Below, one piece after another: positions 1 through 12,585 of a DNA stretch of 64,000 nt. A model generated the notes under the pieces. It had not been told where the DNA came from. It did not search any database and was given only the letters and a program-made list of their open reading frames with translations. Source of the stretch: Octopus vulgaris (taxonomy: Eukaryota); contig OX597825.1 of assembly GCA_951406725.2 (NCBI GenBank), positions 75,950,001 to 76,014,000 of the forward strand, read 5' to 3'. Within the stretch, counting starts at the first letter, position 1. Each line of letters opens with the position of its first letter. Position numbers and translations under genes: made by a program.

Positions 1-761
1 TAATGCTTCATCTGCATGCAATTTCAAGTATTCCTACTCACACACACACGTTTCTAGCTACATAGACTTCTGTATTTACATAGACATTTACCTGCACACA
101 CACATATAACTAACTATATGCCTCGCATAAACACAGCAAGTGCATCCAAACATACACACCGACATACAAATATCTGCAATATGTATACACAAATATAGTT
201 GTGCATGCAAATATAAGTAGAAAGGATCATCATTATTATTATGTGAGAGAGCAGTGCATGCCATCAAAGTGACACTGGGGTACAAATATATACAAAGTCC
301 AGTATACTCATCATGACTACCCGTCTGATAAGGGTACACCAGGCAAATGCACCACAGCCATATGTGCGTAACATGGTGGTCTCATATCAACATAAACAGC
401 ACTTGACCTTGTAAGTGATGTCCAGTTGGAATCTTCTTCAGGTCGAGTAGCCCATCCCACTCAACAGGTCCCTGAATTGGGGTTGTTTCAGGATGTTGAA
501 CAAAACACCCATGTTTCCAAAGGTGAATTATTCAAACCCCAAAGAATGCCTCTCAACACATTGCTATGATGCTCCCCCACTGCTTGTGATCAGAGATACA
601 GATATTGTCTGCCACCAAGGAACATGCTCAACTGGTTAAGGTCAAACAACTGACAAGCAAATCTGTGGTATTCTGCAGAATATTTGCTGTAGCCTATCTT
701 TTACACCATTTATTATTATTATTATCATCTTCTTCACCTCCTCCTCCCCGCCGCCGCAGCA

Positions 762-1793
762 GCAGCAAGCTGGTAGAATTGTTAGTACACCAAAGTGCTT
801 AGCGGTATTTGATCCATCTCTTTATATTCTGAGTTCAAATTCTGCTGAAGTTGACTTTGTTTTTCATCCTTTTGGGGTCAATAAAATAAGTACCAATCAA
901 GCGCTGAGGTTGATGTAATTGTCTATTCCCCTCCCCTAAATTTACTGGCTTCATGCTAGAGTTTGAAACCATTATTATTATTATCATCAAGGTGGCAAGC
1001 TGGCAGAATCGATAGCTTGCTGGATGAAGTGTTTAGCAGTATTTCACCCATCGCTATGTTCTGAGCTTAAATTCCACCGAGGTTGACTTTGCCTTTCATC
1101 CTTTTGGGGGTCAATGTAATCAACTTGTCCCCTCCCCCCAAATTCCTGCCCTTGTGGCAAAATTTGAAACCATAAGGCAGTAAGCTGGCAGAATTTTTAG
1201 CACACTGGGCGAAATGCTTAACGGTATTTTGTCTGTCGCTATGTTCTGGGTTCAAATTCTGCCAGCATTGACTTTGCCTTTCAGCCTTTCAGAGTTGATA
1301 AATGAATTACCAGTCATACACTGGATCGATGTAATCGACTAGTCACCTCCCCCCAACAACAACAAAAAAAAAAGTAGAAATTTCAGTTGAAAGGATTATC
1401 ATTATTATAATTATTATTATTGCCGGCAGAATCATTAGCTTGCTGGGTAAAATGCTTAGCAGCATTTTGTCTATCAGCACATTCTGAGTTTAAATTCTGC
1501 CAGAGTTGATAATAATGAAACGCTGAAGTCAATGTAAATGTCTAGTCCCCTTCCTTTAAAGGTGGAAAGGATTATTATTATTATTATTTTCATTAAGGCG
1601 GCAGAATCGTTAGCAAACTGGGTAAAATGCATAACGACATTTCGTCCATCTTCATGTTCTGAGTTCAAATTCTGTCAGCTTTGCTTTTCGTCCTTTTAGG
1701 GGTTGATAAAATAAGTATCAGTTGAGTAGTAAGGTTGATATAATTGCCTTACACCCTCTCCCAAAATTGATGGCCTTGAGTTAAAATTTGAAA
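762..1793 (+). mobile_element. Head-to-tail cluster of five tRNA-derived SINEs (Meta-domain-like family)
   Basis: Repeated unit gctggcagaatcgttagc...ctgagttcaaatt...gactttgcctttcatccttt(c)ggggtcgataaa, starting near 762, 990, 1174, 1422 and 1595. Most units are separated by (TTA)n tails. A/B-box-like head (tggcagaa...gttcaaat). Confidence 0.85.
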
Positions 1794-2544
1794 TAATAAT
1801 AATAATAATAATAATATCATTATTATGTTCAATAAATAAATGCATCAGTATAGAGTAAAAAGGTGTAAAAGTACGTGTTGAAAATTGAATGATTTTCATA
1901 ACTGGTTTCATGAGAACATTGCAAATAGATTTGATGTTTATTGGGAAATTACTTGTTTATACACACTTACCTAGACACACACACACATTTTTGTATAAAT
2001 GTCGTTATTTGAAGTATTTGCTGTGAAAATTAACTGGTTCTGTATGTGTGTAGGAACAAACTTTTACATAAAGCAGAAAAGAAACTTTCCTTCTGGTAAT
2101 TTTTATTTAGCTTAGCTTCTAGTTGGTCACCCTTTTAAAATATCTTTTCAACATTGCCTTGACTTTTGATCCACTCGACTGTTTTGGAGATGGATGAGGC
2201 TGATATTCATATTTACAGAAAAATAAAATAGGTCCATAGGTTTAATTTCATTTGAATCTGCTTGAATTACATTGAAGTATAATGTAACAGAAAGAAATGT
2301 CAGATCAGAAGCTGTTGAGTAGGTTAAAAATAGTTTGCTGCTTGGGAAGTGTAACCAATCTGTATTTATAGCACCTGATTTAACGATTGAACATATTTGC
2401 CAAACAAGTGACAAAAGAGAAGCTTCCTGGCTGGTGCCAAGTTTAGGCTAATGAGTCAGGAATTCTTTCTTTCTTTGTTTTGGATACTGTACTTTTAAGT
2501 TCATTTTGTATTTTAATAATAATAATAATAATAATAATAATGAT

Positions 2545-2760
2545 GCTCCTTTCTGTTAAAGGCACCTGGCCTGAAATTTGGGGAAGTGGGGATAGTCGAT
2601 TACATTGACTCCAGTGTTTCACTGGTACTTAATTTATCGACCCCCAAAAGGATGAAAGGCAAAGTCAACCTCAGCGGAATTTGAACTTGGAACTGAGTGA
2701 CTGGCAAAATACCACTAAGCACTTTGTCTAGCATGCTAATGATTCTGCCAGCTCACCTCC
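2545..2760 (-). mobile_element. SINE, same Meta-domain-like family, inverted
   Basis: Reverse complement of the unit: aaaaggatgaaaggcaaagtcaacctcagcggaatttgaac...gattctgccagctc, flanked by (AAT)n. Confidence 0.85.
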
Positions 2761-2864
2761 TTTTTTAATAATAATGATAATAATAATAATAATAATTGGT
2801 CATACTGATATTGTGTTATCTTTTAAATTAGCTGTCTATCTCTTGATTTTATTTCTTTTTGTAA

Positions 2865-3220
2865 GTGGCTGTGTGATTAGAAGTTTGTTTCTCAATCACA
2901 TTGTTCTGGGTTCATTCCTGCTGTGTGGCACCTTGAGCAAATGTTTTCTACTATAGCCATGGACCAACCAAAGACTTGTCAGTGGATTTGGTTGACAGAA
3001 ACTGAAACAAAGCCTTTGTGTGTGTGTATTTGTGTGCATGTGTGTATTTGTTGGTGTCTCTGTGCTTGACAATTGGTGTTGATTTGTTTGTATTCTCACA
3101 ACTTTGTGATTCAACAAAAGAAATCAGTAGGATAGCTACCAGACTTATAATAATACTAGGCTTAGGTTTGACTAAACCCTTTGAGGCAATGCTCCAACAT
3201 GGCCACAGTCCAGTGACATA
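2865..3220 (+). mobile_element. tRNA-derived CORE-like SINE, diverged copy
   Basis: gtggctgtgtg...gttcattcctgctgtgtggcaccttgagcaaatg...gtggatttgg...ctccaacatggccacagtc; colinear with the young copy at 43902-44300. Confidence 0.8.
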
Positions 3221-4264
3221 AATCATATAATGATAAAGGATAAGATAATAATTAGTCAAGTTGGTATTATCTTATAATTTAGTTGTCCATCTCTTCTTTT
3301 GATTTCATTTCCTTTTGTAAAGGAAATTGTCTTTAACAAGATAGCATCAATAAATATATATATATATGGTCCCTCAGATGGTTACAGCTGTTACAAGGGA
3401 GATAATCATTTTGTCACAGTATAGATTTGAAATTGAAATTAACCCTTTTATTATGGGGGGGGGGGGAGATACATTGAATTTACAGTTAAGTCTTTTATTT
3501 ATTTTTTTGCTTAATTCAAATGTTAATAAACACAATGGGAAAATAAATGTGTAACTGAAATAAAATTAGTAATTTAGCTTCTTTTTTTTACTTCTGAAGA
3601 GCTAATTTCTAAGGAATGATGATGATGATCATCATCATTTAATGTCTGTCATCATTTAATGTCTGTTTTATATGCTGGCATGGGTTGGATGGCTTTACAG
3701 GAGTTGGCAAGGCTAAAGGCTGCACTAAGTTCCATAGTCTTTTTTGGCTTGGTTTCTGCCGCTGGATGCCCTTCTAAATGCTAAATGGCTTTCAGTAATC
3801 TAAAGACCATATTTTCTGGTGTATAAATCAAATTTTTTAAGCCAAAATTTACAGCCCCAAAATGTAGATCAACTTATACACTAAGATGACTTTGGAGGGC
3901 CAAAGATTCCTTGTGAACTGCAGCAGGATTTGGAAGATAGCAATAATGTTTGAATGTTTACACTACATATTGTGTCAACTTGTATGCTTGAAAATACACT
4001 AAACAAATTATTTCTTTACCTTCAGCTAGAATGGAAATCTGTTTCACCCCACATTGCTATATTCCTTCATGTGGTTTTCCCATCATCTTTTCACCTTTGT
4101 TTTGCTTTGTTAAGTTCACAAATGTTTCTGTTTTAATAACTGCAAGATTTTAAAATCTTGTCTGCAGAATAATTTTGGCAAAATTAAAATTCTGGAAAAT
4201 TTAGGTGTGGATATATGGATATATGTGTAATATATATATACATACATATATATATATATATATA

Positions 4265-4309
<45 letters not shown>

Positions 4310-4704
4310 AGAAAAAATTACCCAAGTTTTATTTACAATATCCATGACTACGAATAAGATAATTTCTCTTTCCATTATGGATACTCATCTGTTAGAATTG
4401 CCCATCTGAAGCTATGTATTCTTAATTATATTAAAAAGAGTTCTTGGCAAACCATTCTTTCCTTAACCTAGACACAAGGTCACATTTATGTTTTTGTTTT
4501 TTGTTTCTTCTTTTATCTAGCTCTACTTTGAAAACAAAATCAAATCAATAGAATTATTTTTCTTTTCTTCTGCAATCAAATTCAATAAATATTTTGTAAA
4601 TATATTCCTTTTCCTCTATTGACATTTTTAACAATAATTTCTTCTACAAACAGTTATCAGGATTGCCTTTGAACAACAACAATAATAATAATAATAATAA
4701 TAGT

Positions 4705-5215
4705 AATGATCCTTTCTACAATAGGCACATTTTGGGGGAGGGAGCTAATCGATTACACCGACCGCAGTGTATAACTGGTACTTAATTTATTGAAAGAATG
4801 AAAGGCAAAGTCGACCTCACTGGAATTTGAACTCAGCACATAGTCAGAAGAAATGCTACTAAGCTACTATGTTTATCAAGTTAACAATTAAGCTAGCTCT
4901 CTACCTTAGTAATAGTAGCAGCAAAAACGATAATAATCCTTTCTTCTATAGACAAGACCTGACATTTTGGGAAAGGGGCTAGTCACTTACATCAGCCCCA
5001 TTGTTTAAGTGGTCCTTTTTCATCAACCCCTAAAAGAATGAAAGGCAAAGGTAACTTGGTAGAGTAGTAGTAAAAACTATAATAATAATAATAGTCCTTT
5101 CTACTGTAGGCATAATGCCTGAAATTCTGGAGGAAGGGGCCTGATGATTACATTGACCCCAGGGATCAACTATTACTTATTTCATTAACCCTGAAAAGAT
5201 GAAAGCAAAGTAATA
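4705..5215 (-). mobile_element. Three tandem, partly truncated Meta-like SINE copies, inverted
   Basis: Three repeats of ctttctac..aggc...gattaca..gacc...gaatgaaaggcaaag, separated by (AAT)n/(AGT)n. Confidence 0.75.
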
Positions 5216-5240
5216 ACAGTAATAATTGACTCTTATTATA

Positions 5241-5390
5241 TTAGGTGAGGTGAGGGCAATTAAATTTTTTTTTTTAACCCTTTCATTCTATTTAGTGTGT
5301 AGCCCAAACTATATCTGCATATTTTATATCATTGGTTTTACACATTTTTTTTTTAATGATTCCAAAAGACTTTAAATCAACCTCACCTAA
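5241..5390. mobile_element. Short MITE with mariner-like terminal inverted repeats
   Basis: TTAGGTGAGGT at 5241-5251 and its reverse complement ACCTCACCTAA at 5380-5390, in a TA-rich context. Confidence 0.5.
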
Positions 5391-5554
5391 ATAATGTGAC
5401 GTTGTCAATAATGTGGTTGGTTTCAGTATGTATCTGATATGTTGTCATTGCCTGCATTGCAACAGTTGTTGCTGATTAAAGCTCTGTTGTCTCCGTGACA
5501 GCATTAGATAAAATTCTCCCATAATGTATTTGAATTTCTATCAAGTCTTTTACC

Positions 5555-5925
5555 GTTTACACGTTTCAGCTATTAAACTGCAGCCATGCTGGAGTACTGC
5601 ATTGAGGAATTTTTAGTCAGATGAATTGACCCCAGTACTTTCTTAAATCTGGTACTTATTCTATTGGTCTCTTTTGCCAAACTGCTATGTTACCGGCACA
5701 TAAACACACCAACGCCAGTTGTCAAGCAGTGGTAGGGGACAAACACACACACACATACACACAATAGGCTTCTTTCAGTTTCTTTCTACTAAATCCATTC
5801 ACAAGGCTTTGGTCTACCTGAACCTATAGTAGAAGGCACTAGCTGAAGGTGCCGTGCAGCGGAACTGAACCTGGAATTGCGATTGGGAAGCAAGCTTCTT
5901 ACCACATAGCCACAACTGTGCCTAT
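5555..5925 (-). mobile_element. CORE-like SINE, inverted, near full length
   Basis: Reverse complement of the 43902-44300 family (cagccatgctggag...tattctattggtctcttttgcc...aaatccattcacaaggctttgg...cttaccacatagccac). Confidence 0.8.
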
Positions 5926-8900
5926 GAAGTCTGGTGGGGGAAAAAATGATTTTCCCTAACAACTCGAACTGCTTCTAGGTAAAGGTCAATCTCAGTTAAC
6001 ATTATTATATGATGCAAAAATATTGCAGTTGCCTCTAGCTAATATTTCATAACACTGTCCGATTATCTGCTAACTTTTTACCATTCAGTATATAGGCACA
6101 GTTAGGGGACATGCTAGCAGAATCATTAGCATGCCAGGCAAAATGCTTAGCATTTTGTCCAACTTTGCCTTTCATCCTTTCAGGGTTGATAAAGTATCAG
6201 TTGACTACTGGGGTTCGTAAAATATCAGTTGACCGCTGGGGTTGATGTAACCAACTCACCTCCTCCAGTGAAATTGCTGGCCTTGTGCCAATATATAGGC
6301 ACAGTCATGACTGCATGGTTGAGAAGTTGCTTCCCAACCACATGGTTTCAAGTTCAATCCCACTGAATGGCAACTGGAGCAAATGTCTTCTATATTCTTG
6401 GGCTGACCAAAGCGTTGTGAGTGGATTTGGCAGTTGTGTGTCTCCTTGTCTTGACAGTGTGTGTTAGTTGTAAATGAATGTTGCTGTCATATGGACAGTA
6501 CCATTCACTTCCAGTATTCTGTGGAAACATGTGGCTATGGGAAAGGTTACTTTTCTTGGTAACAGATAAGGCTTGATTTGATGGCAGGATGGGTTGTGTG
6601 TGTGACCCATGCAAGCAGGGAAAAGTGGATGTTATGATGCTGATGATAAAATCATGAGCAAAGTCTTAAATCATTAGAAATATAATGAAAATAAACATAT
6701 TTCTGAAAAGAAACAAATCCTATTTTGGTTGATTTACTGATTCTTCCATGGTTACAGTTTCATTCATTCATATAAAACTGCTTGTCAAAGATGGTGGATT
6801 AAAAGAAGATATATCCTACTACTAGATGAGATTAATGAGGATAACAAAATAGGTATAAAATCTCTCTCAGATCACACTAATATAAGTTGAATAGATTTTA
6901 CTTTCTGTTTTTTTGACTTAGCTAGTCACTAGTGAAGTTCAAGAGCAAGGTAGCAAGAAAACAAATCTTAACTACTTAATGCAATGTCAAATGTTTGACA
7001 CAATCATCACAGCAATCCTCTTATCTCCTCAACTCTAAAAAAGGACAACAGCTTCATTTTGATTGAGGTATTTATTCGATATTGATATGCTACACAAATA
7101 CAAACACACACAAGGTTAAATCTGTACTATATTTGTAGATGTTTGTAAATGTATGCATATATATGATTGATTGATTGATTGATTCTAGTTTCAGCTCACG
7201 AGCTGTGGCCATGCTGGGGCACCTGGACTTTCCCATCGAAGACAATGTCTGAGCTTTCAGCTTTTGCCAAATGGTTTACCCAAATGATTCGTTTATAGTG
7301 ATCAAAAGTATTTACTGTACATTAGCTCACTTCCTCCATTAAACTGACATTGCCTGAGCAGGTACATGGTATACCACATGTCAGATATCAATGCGATCAC
7401 AGAGCAATGCAAGATGAAGTGTTTCACTCAAGAACACAACACACCACCTGATCTAGGAATGTAGTTCTGTGGTTGACTAGTTTACTTCTGAGTCGCATAG
7501 TTTTGGGTTCAGTCCCATTGCATGACACTTTGGGCAAGTGTCATACACTATGGCCCCAAGCTGATCAAATCCACTCTGAAATCCTTGTAAGTGGATTTGG
7601 TATTCAGAAACAGAAAGAAACCCATATTTATGTCTCCTTGTGACAGTTGTAAAGAAAGGTTATTTTATCATACAAGAAGTGCCATTCATTTCCAGTGTTC
7701 TGCAAAATATGTCTGGCCACGAGGAAATATCTCCTTGTTTGGAAACAGATGAGGGTTGATGACAGGAAGGGCATCTGCTTTCAGAAAATCTGACACAATA
7801 AACTCTGATGTAAACATAGAAAAGTAGATGTTAAAATGTTTACACACACACACACACACGTATATGTATACCTTTTACTTGTTTCAGCCATTAGACTGAG
7901 GCCATGTTGGGGCACCACCTTGAAGGATTTTTAGTCATATGAATCGGCCATAGTACCTGTTTTCTTTTAGCCTGTTACTTATTCTATTGGTTTCTGTTGC
8001 TGGACTGCTAATTTACAGGGATATAAACACACCACACTGACATTGATTGTTAGATGGTGGTGGCGAACAAACACACACAGAATGAGCTTCTTTCATTTTC
8101 CGCCTGCCATTTACTCACAAGGCTTCAATTGGCTCAAGACTATAGTGGAAGATACTTCCCCAATGTGCTATGCAGTGAGACTGAATCTAGAACCATGTGG
8201 TTGGGAAGCAAACTTCTTATTACACAGCTATGTATATACATTTATGATTTTTAGGGATGACAAGTTCATAGGAACATGGTCAGGCCATTTAGAATGATGA
8301 ATTCAAAGTCTAATTATTACTGTATTCAATCTATTACTGTTAGTTTGACAATATATATTGTTTCACCTGAACACTACTTGACAGACACTGTCTAAGTTTT
8401 GTGGTTTCCCCTAGTTTTATGAAGAATCTGGAAGGAAAGACTGATATATAGAAGGATGCAGGGGTGAAAGAGAGAGAGAGGCACCAGTAACTGGGTGTGT
8501 TGGGGCAGGTAGGTAGTTATGGGTAGTGATATATGGACTTGTAATGGCATCCTAATTATCTGATGGTAATCACAGTATACTATGTGGTGACAAAGAGGGT
8601 GGAAAATAGGGGCAGTGTTGACAGATGCTAGCAATAGTGTTGATGTATGAAAGGTCATGGGGTCATATTCAGCTCAAGTGGGTGGGTTGGTGTGTATAGT
8701 AGTTGTTGAAATGGCAGTGGGTAGTGATGAGGAAGATGAGAACAGCCAAATCATGTTGATGCTGCTGGTAGTGGTAAAGACAAAAGAAGGGTTAGGAGGT
8801 GCCAATTTTCCATACTTGCAGTTTGGAGTTTGAGATAGACTCTCTGCAGCTGGATGCCCCTCCTGTTGCCTAGCCTCACTTGTTTCCAAATAAGATATTT

Positions 8901-10325
8901 TTTCCATGGTCAGACATGTTTTTCATGGAAGATTAGAAATGAATAGCATTGCTTGAATGATAATGATGCTCATTTACCATTGTTATTTCAAGACAAGGAT
9001 ACACAACCACACAAATACCTACTTTCATACATACATACATACATACATACATACTGTGTGTGTGTGTGTAGGCATGGCTGTGTGGTAGAGAAGCTTGTTT
9101 CCTGGTCGTGTGATCTTTGGTTCAGTCCCACTGTGCAGCACTTTGGGTAAGTGTCTTCTATTATAGTCCTGGGCTGACCAATGCTTTATAAACATATTTA
9201 GTAAATGAAAACTAAAGGAAGCTTGTTATACATGTTTGTGTCTTGTCTTGAGATCATGTGATGATTGTAAATGGTTGACAACAAGGAGGGCATCTGGCTG
9301 TAGAAAACAGACCTCAACAAATTCCAAATGAACTACCATGGAAAAGTGGATGTGAAATAATGATGATGTGTTAATATTTGGTGGGTTCAAAAAGCTTTGA
9401 TCATCCTGAGGCTGTAATAGAAGACTTTTGCCTCCAGTGCTGTGCAGTGGGACTGAACCCAAAACCACATGGTTGAGAAGCAAGCTATTTTATTATTGAA
9501 AAGTATCGTTAACATAGTTTTTATATTTAAAAACAAAACCAAGTTAAATTATTGCTTTTGTAGAAATACGTTCCATACATTCTATGACCTAATATTTTTA
9601 TTAGAAAATTTAAATCAAAATATCTAAATAGTTTCAGATAAAATATGTAACCATTTAAATTTCACATGATCAATCATTTTTTAAAAACTATACCACGTGA
9701 TGTGTGTGTCTGTGTGTGTTTGAAAATATTTCTTTCGGTCATTGATATTGTGTTTGGTACATTTTACCTCATTCTTTATCTGTCACAAATAATTTATAGT
9801 GAAACAAATACTACCAAGTTAAAGTTAGGGTGTGCAACACTATTTTCATTTAGCTTTCATTCAACTTCAGTCTGTTTCTTGGTATCTGACAACTGTTTAT
9901 TTTATCCAGCTGTTGATTGTTAAGAAGTAAAGCCTTTGTTGCCTGCAATTAAACAAGATTCATAATAAATACTGGTGTGTTATGGCTAACTTGATTAAAT
10001 GTTGGCACGTGAGTGAGTGTTATTAAGACTAGTGTATTCTGTGGTCATGGATTAAAATGTTACCGAGGGAGTGTTACTGTAGTGTTCCTGTAAGATATGT
10101 AGCTGTTTCCTCCAATTTCTTCATTGGAACATAGGGAGAGAGAGAGAGAGAAACACTCTTTCCTATTGACTAGTTTCATCATTGTTTCATTATGACATCT
10201 GCTTTTCCATGCTTGCATGGATTGAGTGCAGCATCCCACTTACCTTCCTTGTCAGCTTCAACATCTTCAACTGTTTTATCATTTAGATTATTCTCTCAAA
10301 TACAGTGCTTATTTATTCACATTGT

Positions 10326-10520
10326 GCGGGTGGCACGTAAAAAGCACCCACTACACTCACGGAGTGGTTGGCGTTAGGAAGGGCATCCAGCTGTAGAAAC
10401 ACTGCCAGATCTGACTAGGCCTGATGAAGCCTTCTGGCTTCACAGACCCCAGTTGAACCATCCAACCCATGCTAGCATGGAAAACGGACGCTAAACGATG
10501 ATGACGATGATGATGATGAT
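10326..10520 (+). mobile_element. Short RTE 3'-tail retroposon inserted into an older piggyBac-like MITE (about 10270-10680)
   Basis: ggtggcacgtaaaaagcaccc...ggttggcgttaggaagggcatccagctgtagaaac...catgctagcatggaaaacggacg(ATG)n, the same tail as the RTE at 25090-25270. The flanks join into the MITE seen at 59339-59559. Confidence 0.8.
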
Positions 10521-11680
10521 TGGGAATCCTGTATAATCCTGTATAATCTCATAGTTTTGAGATTTTGATGATGTGATTGTTTACTTTTAGAATGACATTG
10601 TAGGGTAGGTGTGAGAGGCCAGATCTAGCGAGTTCGAATATTTGGGCCTAATCTGGTCAGTTTCGATGCTGAAAGGTCGCAATCACTTTCATTGACATTC
10701 TGTCAATGTCTTCCTCGTTCTTCTTCCTCTTCCACAGTTCGGTTTCCTTCCTCTGGGATCTGCTGTTTGGTTTTTCTGTGTTGTATAATAGCAGGAAACA
10801 AAACAAAACAAAGCAAAAAAAGGAAATCTGCAAAGTGGCATCTTATTGCTTTTTGCATACTGTTCTACAATAACTACTTAATAGTTGTTATATATTTTAC
10901 CCATCAAGAGGAAAGGGAGGTGAGGGTAGATTTGTTTTTGTTTCAGTTGATAACTGTTGCTATAATTGGATAAATATTAGTATCTAACAACCAATGCACA
11001 CACACACACACACTCGTGCACGCACACACTCGTGCACAGAGATTTAGTTTTCTACACCCTTCCTCTCTTTCTATCCCTGACATTAAAATCTATTACTTAA
11101 CTACTGCTTATTCTCAAGTAGATGTTTAAACCTTCTTTTATAAGATTTTTTCTTACATTTTTCACATTTTGTTTTCAATGCTTTCTCTCTCTCTTTAAGC
11201 TCAAAGTAAATTCAATCAAATGTGTTTTTGCCTTTTGTTTTTTCTTATATGAAAACAATTTTAATGTGTTGAAATGAAATTTTAGTTTGAAGCTGTGGCA
11301 GTTAGTTGTACAGTGGATACAAATGGAAACGGAGGACGGGGATGAGTTTGGGTGGGAAAGAAACTTTTATGCATAATTACAATGAAACCATTCTCTGCTC
11401 ATTGCACCAGAATGACTCGTTAACCATAACAAATTGCTTTTAATAACTTAGAAACTTAGATAAACTACTTTGTAATACTTTCCAATATAATATCAAATTA
11501 TGTAAAAGTTGTTGTATCTTTATTTTATGGACTAAAGATATAAATACATAAATAATCTCTTTATATAGAGCTTGTTTTCCTTTTTTTCCTTAATATTCTC
11601 TGTCGGTGGCAATGTGCTTTTAGTGCCATCTTTGCATATATTTTAGTTGTTTGCTTGTATTGATTTTGCAATGGCTTTAA

Positions 11681-11899
11681 CCCTTTAGTATTTAAACCGG
11701 CCATATCCGGCCAAAATAGCTAATCTGTTTTATGTTCAAACTGACCAGATCCAGGCTCTCACACCTACCCCACAATGTTATTCTACATTAAGTAATTACA
11801 CCATCAAGATCTTGAAGATATGAGATAATGCATGATCAATTCAAATCAATGGGAATCAATAGGCATTATGTTTGATAGAATAATCTGAACACTAAAGGG
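11681..11899. mobile_element. piggyBac-like MITE (219 bp) with TTAA duplication
   Basis: TTAA|CCCTTTAGTATTTA ... TGAACACTAAAGGG|TTAA; related copies at 59339-59559, about 40810-41010 and about 10270-10680. Confidence 0.85.
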
Positions 11900-12344
11900 T
11901 TAAACTGGAAAGTAATCAGAAAATCAGGTGTAAATTTCTGTTTGATAGGGGTCTTTAAAGCTAAGTCACTATTTAAGAATATGGTATTCCACTTACTACA
12001 CTGATGACTTTCCTCATATCAAATTGTGTCTCAGTTAAAACCAAGCTAGATGGATAATCAACTTTAATTTATTTGTACTATACTTTACATGTCTTGTTAA
12101 TTACATATTTCAATATAATTTCTCCCCCTCTCAGTACAGTATCTCTTATTTATACTATCATGGTAATTTACTCAATTTGATGTTTCATAATTGGTAATAT
12201 TGCACTACATTTGTAATCTTGGTTGTTTATTCTTAATGGAAACATAATATGTTACCCAACCATGCAAAGCCTTTCATAATATTTGAACTCTGCTCTGTGA
12301 GATAAAATTGGACATCTTAATCATATCCCGTTTCAACCCTCTGC

Positions 12345-12585
12345 AGAGACTTTTTATCACTGTTATCATGTTAACCCTCTGGAAACACTGTTCCTTAGTC
12401 ATTGTGTGACCTCTTAGGTGTCACTGTTCATAAATATGTTGACTATCTGGAGACAGATACACTGTTCATTACTATCATGTTAATTCTCTAATGACATAGT
12501 GTTTACCACTGTCATCATGTTAACCTGCTTGAGGCACTGTCCATTAATATCATTGTGTTGACTCTCTGGGAACACTTGTTCATTT
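12345..12585. repeat. Degenerate minisatellite, about 35-40 bp unit, about 6-7 copies
   Basis: Recurrent cactgttcatt(a)ctatcatgttaactctctgg-like units. Confidence 0.65.

Noticed and set aside
5485-5503. X-box-like GTCTCCGTGACAGC
   Set aside because: Two mismatches to a canonical RFX site and isolated; expected by chance in 64 kb.
10415-10445. CTGATGA followed by a small stem (hammerhead-like)
   Set aside because: No GAAA after the stem, and other copies of this tail read ctggtgcagcc, so the motif is a chance mutation.
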